64,000 nt of DNA from the NCBI GenBank assembly GCA_033551855.1, contig JAWSUI010000005.1, positions 31,026 through 95,025 of the forward strand, written 5' to 3'. The DNA comes from Deferrisomatales bacterium (lineage in GTDB: Bacteria > Desulfobacterota > Deferrisomatia > Deferrisomatales > JACRMM01). The notes under the pieces are model-generated. The model was given only the letters and a program-made list of their open reading frames with translations. It was not told the DNA's origin and did no database searches. Within the stretch, counting starts at the first letter, position 1. Each line of letters opens with the position of its first letter. A program made the position numbers and the translations under genes. Positions 17,588-25,937 of this stretch are shown piece by piece.

Positions 17588-17749
17588 AACGATCGGGTGG
17601 GCCCGCCCACTCCGGCAGACGATGCCGGGCTGCACGGCGGGAGCGCGCTCCCGCGCCGCATCCGGAATCCTCGCGATATCGCGGCTCCCGAAGCAGTTGC
17701 TCCCGTCGAGCGGCCGTCTGCCTACGTGGTCGGGCCCACCCGATCGTCC
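17588..17749. repeat. 162-bp element with 34-nt imperfect terminal inverted repeats (MITE-like or giant hairpin)
   Basis: Left arm AACGATCGGGTGGGCCCGCCCACTCCGGCAGACG. Reverse complement of right arm GGACGATCGGGTGGGCCCGACCACGTAGGCAGACG. Internal palindromes GGGAGCGCGCTCCC and CGCGATATCGCG. Confidence 0.65.
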
Positions 17750-17795
17750 CTGGACACGAGCACCCGGTCATTTCCCGGATGATCCCCTTCTGGGG

Positions 17796-18398
17796 TCAGA
17801 GGAGACCGCTCGGCCCCTGCCGTGCCGGCCGCGCCTTGAGCTTCCGGCCGAAGCGCCGGCGGAGCTTCGCCACCTTGGGGGCGATCACCACACGGCAGTA
17901 GCCCTGGCCCGGGTTGCGGCGGTAGTACTGCCTGTGCTCGGCCTCCGCCGGGTAGAAGGCGTCGAAGGGTACGACCTGGGTGACGAACCGAGCCCCCCAC
18001 AGACCCTCTGCCTCGAGCTGCCCGATGACCTCCTCGGCCGTCGATCTCTGGGCCTCCGAGTGGTAGAAGACCGCGGAGCGGTACTGGCTGCCCACGTCCG
18101 CCCCCTGGCGGTCGGGCGTGGTCGGGTCGTGTACGGCGAAGAAGACCTCGAGGAGCTCGCGAAACGAGAGGATGGCGGGGTCGAAGACCACCTGCACGGC
18201 CTCGGCGTGCCCCGTGGCACCGGTACACACCTGGCGGTAGGTCGGACGAGGCACGGCGCCCCCCGCGTACCCGGGCACCACCTCCTCCACGCCGGCCAGC
18301 TCCTCGAAGAGCGGTTCGAGGCACCAGAAGCACCCTCCGGCCAGGGTGGCCGTCTCCCGCCGTGCCGTTCCCCCCTCGCCGCCCCTTGCCATCGTCAC
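17796..18398 (-). CDS. msrA: Peptide-methionine (S)-S-oxide reductase
   Basis: 200 aa; ATLAGGCFWCLEPLF active site, GHAEAVQVVFDP, YHQQY-type C-terminus. Confidence 0.92.
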   Translation of the reverse strand: MTMARGGEGGTARRETATLAGGCFWCLEPLFEELAGVEEVVPGYAGGAVPRPTYRQVCTGATGHAEAVQVVFDPAILSFRELLEVFFAVHDPTTPDRQGADVGSQYRSAVFYHSEAQRSTAEEVIGQLEAEGLWGARFVTQVVPFDAFYPAEAEHRQYYRRNPGQGYCRVVIAPKVAKLRRRFGRKLKARPARQGPSGLL

Positions 18399-18458
18399 CG
18401 TCCCATCCCCTTTCTATCCCGCAAGCGCCCGCACACACGGCCGTGTCGCGCGGGGCCG

Positions 18459-18487
18459 TTGACCGGCGCGCGGGGCCATGCTATCCA
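18459..18487 (+). promoter_or_regulatory. Candidate sigma70 promoter TTGACC-17nt-TATCCA
   Basis: Consensus match only, about 100 nt upstream of the arginyltransferase-family gene. Confidence 0.35.
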
Positions 18488-18589
18488 GATCCCACCGTGA
18501 CCCTGGAACCCAGCCCCCTCGACCCCTCTGCCGCCGTCCCCGGCGGCGGGAGCGCGCCCGCCCGCGAGACAGGCGTCCGCCCGCAGCGG

Positions 18590-19315
18590 ATGTCCTTCTA
18601 TCCCACCCTCCCGGTGCCTCTCGGCCTCGAGGTCTCCGCCACCCCGCCCCACGAGTGCCCGTACCTGCCGGGCCGATCCGCCGTGAGCCGGGGCTTCCGG
18701 TGCGACGCCGTGCCCGGGTGGGCGTACCAGGAGCTGATGGACGCCGGCTTTCGCCGCTCGGGCCGGGTCTTCTACCAGATGGCGTGCCCGGGCTGCCGGA
18801 ACTGTGTACCGCTCCGGGTTCCGGTGGCGGGATTTCGCCCCGGCAAGAGCCAGCGCAGGGTCTGGCGCCGCAACGGCAACCTGGAGATCAGCCTGGGCCC
18901 TCCGGAGCTCACGGGGGAGAAGGCCGACCTCTTCCGGCGCTACCTCGCCGCCCGCCACGACGGCCGGATGGCCGGTGACCCCCGGGAGCTGGAGGGCTTC
19001 CTGTACCGCTCGCCCACGGACACCCTTGAGACCTGCTACCGGACCCCCGAGGGCCGGTTGGTGGGGGTGGGCATCTGCGACCGGACCCCCACGGCCCTGA
19101 GCACGGTCTACTTCTACTTCGAGCCCGACTGCTCCCCGCGGGGACTCGGCATCTTCAGCAGCCTGGCGGAGATCCGGCTCGCCGAGGCCCTCGGCCTGAC
19201 CCACTACTACTTCGGCTACTGGATCGAGGGTTGTCCCAGGATGGCGTACAAGGCGGGTTTCCGGCCCTGTGAGCTCCTGGGCACCGACGGCCTGTGGCGA
19301 CCCTTCGGGGTTTGA
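18590..19315 (+). CDS. Arginyl/leucyl-tRNA--protein transferase (ATE/Bpt family)
   Basis: ORF 18362..19315 trimmed to MSFYPTLP... HECPYLPGRSA, FRRSGRVFYQMACPGCRNCVPLRV and YYFGYWIEGCPRMAYKAGFRP are typical of the family. Confidence 0.85.
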   Translation: MSFYPTLPVPLGLEVSATPPHECPYLPGRSAVSRGFRCDAVPGWAYQELMDAGFRRSGRVFYQMACPGCRNCVPLRVPVAGFRPGKSQRRVWRRNGNLEISLGPPELTGEKADLFRRYLAARHDGRMAGDPRELEGFLYRSPTDTLETCYRTPEGRLVGVGICDRTPTALSTVYFYFEPDCSPRGLGIFSSLAEIRLAEALGLTHYYFGYWIEGCPRMAYKAGFRPCELLGTDGLWRPFGV

Positions 19316-19330
19316 GCCCCTCGCGTCCCA

Positions 19331-19490
19331 CCCCTGTGGGAGCGCCTCCCGGGCGTGAACCGAGCCGCAGGCCCGCCCGATCACAGACCCGTCTCGGGCA
19401 GGAGCCCGCTCCCACAGAGGCAAGCATCGCGCGTCCCCGCAGGCCCGCCAAGGCACAGACCCGTCGCGGGCGGGAGCCCGCTCCCACGGG
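19331..19490. repeat. REP cluster: one inverted partial copy plus two tandem 72-bp units
   Basis: CCTGTGGGAGCGCCTCCCGGGCG (inverted) lies at about 19331. CACAGACCCGTC[T/G]CGGGC[A/G]GGAGCCCGCTCCCAC occurs at 19382 and 19454. The cluster sits between convergent genes. Confidence 0.7.
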
Positions 19491-19511
19491 CAGCGGCAGC
19501 CGCCCGGCGCC

Positions 19512-19934
19512 CTATCGCCCGGCGCCGTCCTCGCGAAACCCCAGCACCACGAGGACGCAGCTCCCGTCGGCGATGACGTTCACCCCGGCCTCCTCGCACC
19601 GTGCCACCGCCGCCGGGCTCTCGGCCCCGGGCTGCATCCAGACGTTGCGGATGCCTCGGGCGATGGCCTCCTCCACCACCCGCTCCGTGACCGCCGGCGG
19701 AGTGATGACCGAGATGCTCGAGACCTCGTCCGGGAGGTCTGCGACCCCTGCCGCGCAGGGGAGGCCTTCGACCGCTGCCTCCTTCGGGTTCACCGGGACG
19801 ACCCGGCGCCCGTTCTGGACGTAGCAGCGCAAGACCTTGTTGCCGTACTTGGACCGGTCCGCCGAGGCCCCCACCACGCCGAAGGCCGGGGCGACGAGGA
19901 ACTGGCGGATGCGCTCTTCGATGGCGGTGCTCAT
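19512..19934 (-). CDS. CoA-binding domain protein (YccU/YneT-like)
   Basis: Last 140 aa of ORF 19512..20714: MSTAIEERIRQFLVAPAFGVVGASADRSKYGNKVLR... Its ATG overlaps the upstream stop. Confidence 0.85.
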   Translation of the reverse strand: MSTAIEERIRQFLVAPAFGVVGASADRSKYGNKVLRCYVQNGRRVVPVNPKEAAVEGLPCAAGVADLPDEVSSISVITPPAVTERVVEEAIARGIRNVWMQPGAESPAAVARCEEAGVNVIADGSCVLVVLGFREDGAGR

Positions 19935-20902
19935 GGACCCTCCAGTGCAGCGCTGGTCGCGGGCAGGGCGAAGAGCTCCTCGGCGTTCCGGCCCAGGAGC
20001 CGCTCCAGGTGCCCGTCGGTGAGACCCGCCGCCTGGATCCGGCGCAACTCCCGGTCCCAGGCGTAGGGCAAGTGACAAAAATCGGTCCCGTACAGGACCC
20101 GGTCCTCCCGGAACCGGGTCAGGGGAGGCGGCCGCAATCCCGGGAAGTATCCGGAGAGCATCATCGTCGTGTCGAGCCACAGATTGTCCCACCGGCAGCA
20201 AAGGGCGGCGTAGGCGTCGAACTCGTCCGCCCCCAGGTGCGGCACGCACAGGCGCAGCCGGGGGAAGTCCCGCAGGAGCCGCGCCACCTTGTCGACCGCG
20301 CAGTGGGTGTGGGGGTCGCAACGGTAGGCGGGGCTCTTGGGCTCTCGCCCCAGGTGGGCCACAAGGGGCCGGTCGGCGCCCTCGCACACTGCGCAGACCT
20401 CCCGCAGCCCCGGACCGTCCGGGTCGAAGCACTGGACGTGCTGATGGACCTTGACCCCGCCAAGCCCGAGGCCAAAGGCCTCCTCCAGGACGTCGGCGGC
20501 CCCCTCCTCTCCCGGGAACACGGTGGCGAGGCCGGTCAGGCGCGGGCTGCCCGCACACAGGCCCGCCACGTACCGGTTGAGCTCCCGTGCCATACCCGGC
20601 CGGTGGGCGTAGTGCAGGAGCACCAGGCGCTCGACCCCGCGTCCGAGGAGGAAGGCCACGAGCTCCTCGGACGACAGGCGGTACCGCACCGGCCAGCCGT
20701 GGACGTCGAACCATCGCCGCACCGCCCCCATGAGCCCATCCGGGAAGACGTGCACGTGGGCGTCGGTCACGGGGGGGAGGCCCGCCGGCACCCGGGCCCC
20801 TTCGGGGTCGTCGAGGGCGGGAAGGCGAGAGGCGAGCGCCCCGGCCCAGTCGGGGGGAGACCCCGGCCCCGAGGGGAAGCGCGCCCGGTCGGACTCAGCC
20901 AC
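19931..20902 (-). CDS. Amidohydrolase-2 family metal-dependent hydrolase
   Basis: ORF 19931..21028. VTDAHVHVFPDG..., HLGADEF and VLYGTDF motifs. Start placed at the GTG at 20902, just inside the lepA 3' end; the start is uncertain. Confidence 0.75.
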   Translation of the reverse strand: MAESDRARFPSGPGSPPDWAGALASRLPALDDPEGARVPAGLPPVTDAHVHVFPDGLMGAVRRWFDVHGWPVRYRLSSEELVAFLLGRGVERLVLLHYAHRPGMARELNRYVAGLCAGSPRLTGLATVFPGEEGAADVLEEAFGLGLGGVKVHQHVQCFDPDGPGLREVCAVCEGADRPLVAHLGREPKSPAYRCDPHTHCAVDKVARLLRDFPRLRLCVPHLGADEFDAYAALCCRWDNLWLDTTMMLSGYFPGLRPPPLTRFREDRVLYGTDFCHLPYAWDRELRRIQAAGLTDGHLERLLGRNAEELFALPATSAALEGP

Positions 20903-22694
20903 TCTTGTCCGTGCGCAGCACGGCCACGAAGGCCTCTTGCGGGATCTCCACCGAACCGAACATGCGCATCTTCTTTTTCCCCTCTTTCTGCTTCTCGAGG
21001 AGCTTGCGCTTGCGCGTGATGTCGCCACCGTAGCACTTGGCGGTGACGTCCTTGCGCACGGCCTGGATGTTCGTGCGGGCGATGATCGACCCGCCGACGG
21101 CGCCCTGGATGGGAATCTTGAACTGGTGGCGAGGGATCATCTCGGCAAGCTTCTCGCAGTAGTGGAGGGCCCGAGGCCGGGCCTTGTCCCGGTGCACCAG
21201 GTAGGAGAGCGCATCGACCCTCTCCCCGTTGACCAGGATGTCCACCTTGACGATGTCGCTGGGGCGGTACTCGAGCTCCTCCCAGTCGTAGGAGCCGTAG
21301 CCCCGGGTCACCGTCTTGAGTCGGTCGTGGAAGTCGAAGAGCACCTCGGCCAGGGGCATCTCGCTCACGACCTCGACCCGGCCCACCGCCAGGTAATTCA
21401 CGGTGAGGCTCGCCGCCCGGTACTCGCGGCACAGGTCCATCACCGTGCCCATGTACTTCTCGGGGCACAGGATGGTGGCCCGGATGAAGGGCTCTTCCAC
21501 AGACTGGATCTTGACCGGGTCGGGCCAGAAGGTGGGGTTGTCCACCTCCACGAGCTTCCCGTCGGTGAGGGTGACCTTGAAGTGCACCGAGGGGGCCGAG
21601 AGGATGAGCGACATCCCGAACTCCCGGGTCAGCCGCTCCTGGACCACGTCCAGGTGCAGGAGGCCGAGGAACCCGCAGCGGAACCCGTAACCCAGCGCGG
21701 CCGACGAGTCCTTCTGGTAGACGAGGGCGGCGTCGTTGAGGGAAAACTTCTCCAGGGCTCGGGTGAGGTCCTCGTACTCGTCGGTCGACACCGGGTACAT
21801 CGAGGAGAAGACCACGGGCTTCGCCGGCCGGTACCCGGGGATCGGCTCCGCCGTGGGGCGGGCCGCGTCGGTGATCGTGTCGCCGATCTCCACGTCGCGG
21901 ATCGTCTTGATGCCCGCGATCACGTACCCCACGGCCCCGGCGGAGAGCTCCTCCGTCTTGACCCTCCCCAGGCGCAGGAGGCCCACCTCCTCGACCTCGT
22001 GCTCCTTCTCCGTGTGCATGAAGCGAATCCGCCGGCCCGCGCGCAAGACCCCATCCCGGACCCGGCACTGGAGGATGGCCCCCCGGTACGGGTCGTAATA
22101 GGCGTCGAAGATCAAAGCCTTGAGGGGGGCCTCGGGATCCCCCGTGGGCGGGGGCAGATGGGCCACCACTCCCTCGAGCACGTCTTCGACGCCGATGCCC
22201 TTCTTGGCCGAGATCGGGATCGCCTCGAAGGGGTCGAGCCCCAGGTCCGCGTCGATCTCCTCCCGGGCCCCTTCCACGTCCGCGGCGGGGAGGTCGATCT
22301 TGTTGATCACGGGCAGGAGCCGCAGGTCGTACTCCAAAGCCAGGTAGAGGTTGGCCACCGTCTGGGCCTCCACGCCCTGGGTGGCGTCCACGATGAGAAG
22401 CGCCCCCTCGCAGGCCATCAGGGAGCGGCGCACCTCGTGGGAAAAATCCACGTGGCCCGGCGTGTCGATGAGGTTCAGCACATAGGGACGGCCGTCCCGG
22501 GCCGTGTAGCGGAGCGTGATGGTATTGCTCTTGATCGTGATGCCCCGCTCCCGCTCGATGTCCATGCTGTCCAGGAGCTGGTCCTGGAACTCCCGGTCCG
22601 ACACCCCCCCGCAGGCCTGGATCAGCCGATCCGCCAGGGTGGACTTGCCGTGGTCGATGTGCGCGATGATGCAGAAGTTTCGGATCTCGTCCAT
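20895..22694 (-). CDS. lepA: Translation elongation factor 4
   Basis: 599 aa; IRNFCIIAHIDHGKSTLADRL, DTPGHVDF, full-length LepA. Confidence 0.97.
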   Translation of the reverse strand: MDEIRNFCIIAHIDHGKSTLADRLIQACGGVSDREFQDQLLDSMDIERERGITIKSNTITLRYTARDGRPYVLNLIDTPGHVDFSHEVRRSLMACEGALLIVDATQGVEAQTVANLYLALEYDLRLLPVINKIDLPAADVEGAREEIDADLGLDPFEAIPISAKKGIGVEDVLEGVVAHLPPPTGDPEAPLKALIFDAYYDPYRGAILQCRVRDGVLRAGRRIRFMHTEKEHEVEEVGLLRLGRVKTEELSAGAVGYVIAGIKTIRDVEIGDTITDAARPTAEPIPGYRPAKPVVFSSMYPVSTDEYEDLTRALEKFSLNDAALVYQKDSSAALGYGFRCGFLGLLHLDVVQERLTREFGMSLILSAPSVHFKVTLTDGKLVEVDNPTFWPDPVKIQSVEEPFIRATILCPEKYMGTVMDLCREYRAASLTVNYLAVGRVEVVSEMPLAEVLFDFHDRLKTVTRGYGSYDWEELEYRPSDIVKVDILVNGERVDALSYLVHRDKARPRALHYCEKLAEMIPRHQFKIPIQGAVGGSIIARTNIQAVRKDVTAKCYGGDITRKRKLLEKQKEGKKKMRMFGSVEIPQEAFVAVLRTDKSG

Positions 22695-22821
22695 GGGTCG
22701 CCCGCTGTCTCTCCGCCCCTGCCAAAAGGCGGTAGTCTACCCTGAGTGTAGCGCCCGGGGGAAGGACCGCCGGCGACCCGGCCGCCGCCCCCGGCCGTCC
22801 GTGCCTCGACGCCGAAACGGA

Positions 22822-22846
22822 AGCAGGGCCCCGAAGGGGCCCTGCT
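22822..22846 (-). terminator. Stem-loop terminator after nuoN
   Basis: AGCAGGGCCCC-ttc-GGGGCCCTGCT followed on the minus strand by TCCGTTTCGG. A 16-bp palindrome CCGGCCCCGGGGCCGG lies just upstream. Confidence 0.55.
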
Positions 22847-22879
22847 GTCCTCTGCGCTCGCTCCGGCCCCGGGGCCGGT

Positions 22880-24334
22880 TCAGATCAGGAACCGCACGGC
22901 CTCCCGGGCCAGGTCCACGATGCTGCCGGGGATGACGCCCAGGTACAGCACCCCGATGCCCGCCAGGACCGTGGCCAGGGCAGCGGAGGGTCCCCCCCGC
23001 AGCTCTTCCACGACCGGGGTCTCGGGGGCCTCTCGGAAGTACATGACCACGATGACCCGCAGATAGTAGTACACGCTCGCGGCCGAGTTGAGCACCCCCA
23101 GGATCGTGAGCCAGTAGTAGCCCTCGTTCACGGCCGCCTTGAAGATGAGGAACTTTCCGATGAAGCCGGCGGTCGGCGGGATCCCGGCCATGGAGAACAT
23201 GAACACCGTCATCGCCAGGCCGAGAAGGGGAAACTTGAACCCCAGCCCCGAATAGGCCTCGAGCTCGGTGTTCTCCTGGCCGAACTTCCCCACCATGATC
23301 ACGCACGCGAAGGCCCCCACGTTCATGAAGGCGTAGGCCAGGAGGTAGAAGAGCATGCCGGAGCTCGCCTCCGGGGTCCCCACCACGAGCCCGACCAGGA
23401 GGTACCCGGCGTGGGCGATGGAGGAGTAGGCCAGCATGCGCTTGACGTCGGTCTGGGCGATGGCGGCGAGGTTCCCCAGGGTCATCGTGAGCAGCGCGAG
23501 CACCCACAGGGCCCCGGACCACTCGCCGTGCAGCGCGGGGAACGCCGTGACGAAGACGCGCACGAAGGCGCTGAACGCCGCCGCCTTCACCCCGGTCGCC
23601 ATGAACGCCGTCACGGCGGTGGGGGCTCCCTGGTACACGTCGGGGGTCCAGGCGTGGAACGGCACCGCCGCCACCTTGAAGGCGAACCCCACCGTGATCA
23701 GGCCGACGCCGATGAGCGCCATCGGGGAGGCCGTGAGCCCCCGGACCTCGGCGAAGTGCCGCATCACGTCGTGGAGCTGCGTGCTCCCGCAGGCCCCGTA
23801 GATGAGCGCGATGCCGTACAGGAGGAACGCCGAGGCGAACGCCCCCAGGAGGAAGTACTTGTAGCTCGCCTCCGCTCCCCGCTCCGTCCGCAGGAAGCCG
23901 GCCAGGGCGTAGATGGCCAGGCTCATGGTCTCGAGGCCCAGGAAGATCACCAGCAGGTGCGTGCCCCCGGCCATGAGCATCATGCCCACCATGGCCAGCA
24001 GCACCAGCGCGTAGTATTCCCCGTGGTCCATCCGCTCGGAGCGCAGGTAGCCCTCGGAGAGGAGCAGGGTCAGCGCCCCCACCACGTAGATCACGAAGTA
24101 GAAAAACGCGGCGAAGCCGTCCGCGGCCAGCATCCGGGAGAACCCCAGGCGCTGCGGGCCGAAGAGGGCGGGGGTCAGCAGGGCCGCCACGACGATGCCG
24201 GCGATGCCCAGGTACGCCAGGTACCCCTTGCGGCCGGCCGGGTTGAAGGCCTCGGCCAGGAGGACCAGCAGGGCGGTCGCCGCGATCGCCATGTGGGGGG
24301 CCAAGGCCCCGAGGTCAGCCATCTGGAAGTCCAT
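22880..24334 (-). CDS. nuoN: NADH-quinone oxidoreductase subunit N
   Basis: 484 aa, about 14 TM, antiporter-like subunit, last gene of the operon. Confidence 0.93.
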   Translation of the reverse strand: MDFQMADLGALAPHMAIAATALLVLLAEAFNPAGRKGYLAYLGIAGIVVAALLTPALFGPQRLGFSRMLAADGFAAFFYFVIYVVGALTLLLSEGYLRSERMDHGEYYALVLLAMVGMMLMAGGTHLLVIFLGLETMSLAIYALAGFLRTERGAEASYKYFLLGAFASAFLLYGIALIYGACGSTQLHDVMRHFAEVRGLTASPMALIGVGLITVGFAFKVAAVPFHAWTPDVYQGAPTAVTAFMATGVKAAAFSAFVRVFVTAFPALHGEWSGALWVLALLTMTLGNLAAIAQTDVKRMLAYSSIAHAGYLLVGLVVGTPEASSGMLFYLLAYAFMNVGAFACVIMVGKFGQENTELEAYSGLGFKFPLLGLAMTVFMFSMAGIPPTAGFIGKFLIFKAAVNEGYYWLTILGVLNSAASVYYYLRVIVVMYFREAPETPVVEELRGGPSAALATVLAGIGVLYLGVIPGSIVDLAREAVRFLI

Positions 24335-24352
24335 CGAGTTGCCTCCCTCTCC

Positions 24353-25918
24353 TCACTCGGCCGCGGAACGGCTCGGTTCCCGCCCAAGGATCAGGGCCAC
24401 GGCGTCCTGGTGTCCCAGCTCCGCACACGCCACCCTCCGGGACTCCACCCGCTCCAACCACTGCTGCACCGAAGCGTCCATGGGACGCAGGAACACTGCG
24501 GGGTAGATCCCCATCCAGAAGGCCAGCACGACCATGGGGACGAGGTAGGCCCACTCCAGGCCCGTCAGGTCGGCCAGCCCCTTGTTCTTCTCGTTGTCCA
24601 GGGGGCCGAAGAAGACCCGCAACACCATCCACAGCATGTACCCCGCCGCCAGGATCACCCCGGACGCGGCAAAAACCGCAGCGGTCTTGGAGGCCAGGAA
24701 CGCGCCGACCATGATCAGGAACTCGCCCACGAACCCGTTCAGGCCCGGCAGCCCGATGGAGCTCATGGTGATCACCACGAAGATCGCCGCGTACCACGGC
24801 ATCTGCTTGGCCAGGCCGCCGAACTGGGCGATCTCCCTGGTGTGGCGGCGCTCGTAGATGACCCCGACCAGGAGGAACAGGGCGCCCGTCGACACCCCGT
24901 GGGCCAGGCTCTGGAAGATGCCTCCCTCGACGCCCTGGACGTTGAAGGCGAAGAGCCCCAGCATGACGAACCCGAGGTGCGACACCGAGCTGTAGGCCAC
25001 CAGCTTCTTCACGTCGCTCTGGACCATGGCCACCAGGGCACCGTAGATGATGCCGATCACCGCGAGCACCATCATGAAGGGCGCGAAGGCCTCGGCGGCG
25101 TTCGGGAAGAGCGGGATCGCGAAGCGCAGGAAGCCGTAGGTGCCCATCTTCAGGAGCACTCCCGCCAGGATCACGGACCCGGCCGTGGGCGCCTGGGTGT
25201 GGGCGTCCGGGAGCCAGGTGTGGAGCGGGAACATCGGCACCTTGATGGCGAAGGCCAGGGCGAAGGCGGCGAAGAGCCAGAACTGCACGTTGGGGGCGAT
25301 GGGCAGGTCGTAGAGCCGCAGCACGTCGAAGGTCGCCCCGTAGCCCGCCTTGATGTTCAGGAAGTAGAGCGTCAGGATCGCGACCAGCATGAGCAGCGAC
25401 CCCACCATGGTGTAGAGGAAGAACTTGATCGCCGCGTAGATCCGCTCCGCCCCTCCCCAGACTCCGATGAGGAAGTACATGGGGATGAGCATCGCCTCCC
25501 AGAAGATGTAGAAGAGGAAGAGATCAAGGGCCACGAGCGCCCCGAGCATCCCGGTCTCCAGTAGGAGGAAGAAGAACATGTACTCCCGGACCTGCTTCTC
25601 GATGCTCCAGGACGACAGGATGCAGATCACCGAGAGGAAGGTGGTCAGGAGCACCAGGAAGAGGCTGATCCCGTCGATCCCGAGAAGGTACTGAATCCCC
25701 AGGCTCTCAATCCACGGGGCGCGCTCCACGAACTGCATGCCCCCCTCCCCGTTGTCGAAGCCGAACCACAGGGGCAGGCTCAGGGCGAAGGTCAGCAGCG
25801 TCACGAAGAGGGTCCAGCCGCGGAGCAGCCCCAGGCCCCCCCGGGGGAGGAAGAGCAGGACCACCGCCCCCGCCAACGGCAGGAAGGTGATCAGGGTCAG
25901 GATCGGAAGCTCACCCAT
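24353..25918 (-). CDS. nuoM: NADH-quinone oxidoreductase subunit M
   Basis: 521 aa; ...HTWLPDAHTQAPTAGSVILAG... is typical of NuoM. Confidence 0.94.
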   Translation of the reverse strand: MGELPILTLITFLPLAGAVVLLFLPRGGLGLLRGWTLFVTLLTFALSLPLWFGFDNGEGGMQFVERAPWIESLGIQYLLGIDGISLFLVLLTTFLSVICILSSWSIEKQVREYMFFFLLLETGMLGALVALDLFLFYIFWEAMLIPMYFLIGVWGGAERIYAAIKFFLYTMVGSLLMLVAILTLYFLNIKAGYGATFDVLRLYDLPIAPNVQFWLFAAFALAFAIKVPMFPLHTWLPDAHTQAPTAGSVILAGVLLKMGTYGFLRFAIPLFPNAAEAFAPFMMVLAVIGIIYGALVAMVQSDVKKLVAYSSVSHLGFVMLGLFAFNVQGVEGGIFQSLAHGVSTGALFLLVGVIYERRHTREIAQFGGLAKQMPWYAAIFVVITMSSIGLPGLNGFVGEFLIMVGAFLASKTAAVFAASGVILAAGYMLWMVLRVFFGPLDNEKNKGLADLTGLEWAYLVPMVVLAFWMGIYPAVFLRPMDASVQQWLERVESRRVACAELGHQDAVALILGREPSRSAAE

Positions 25919-25937
25919 CGGTCTCTCTCCTCCTACC

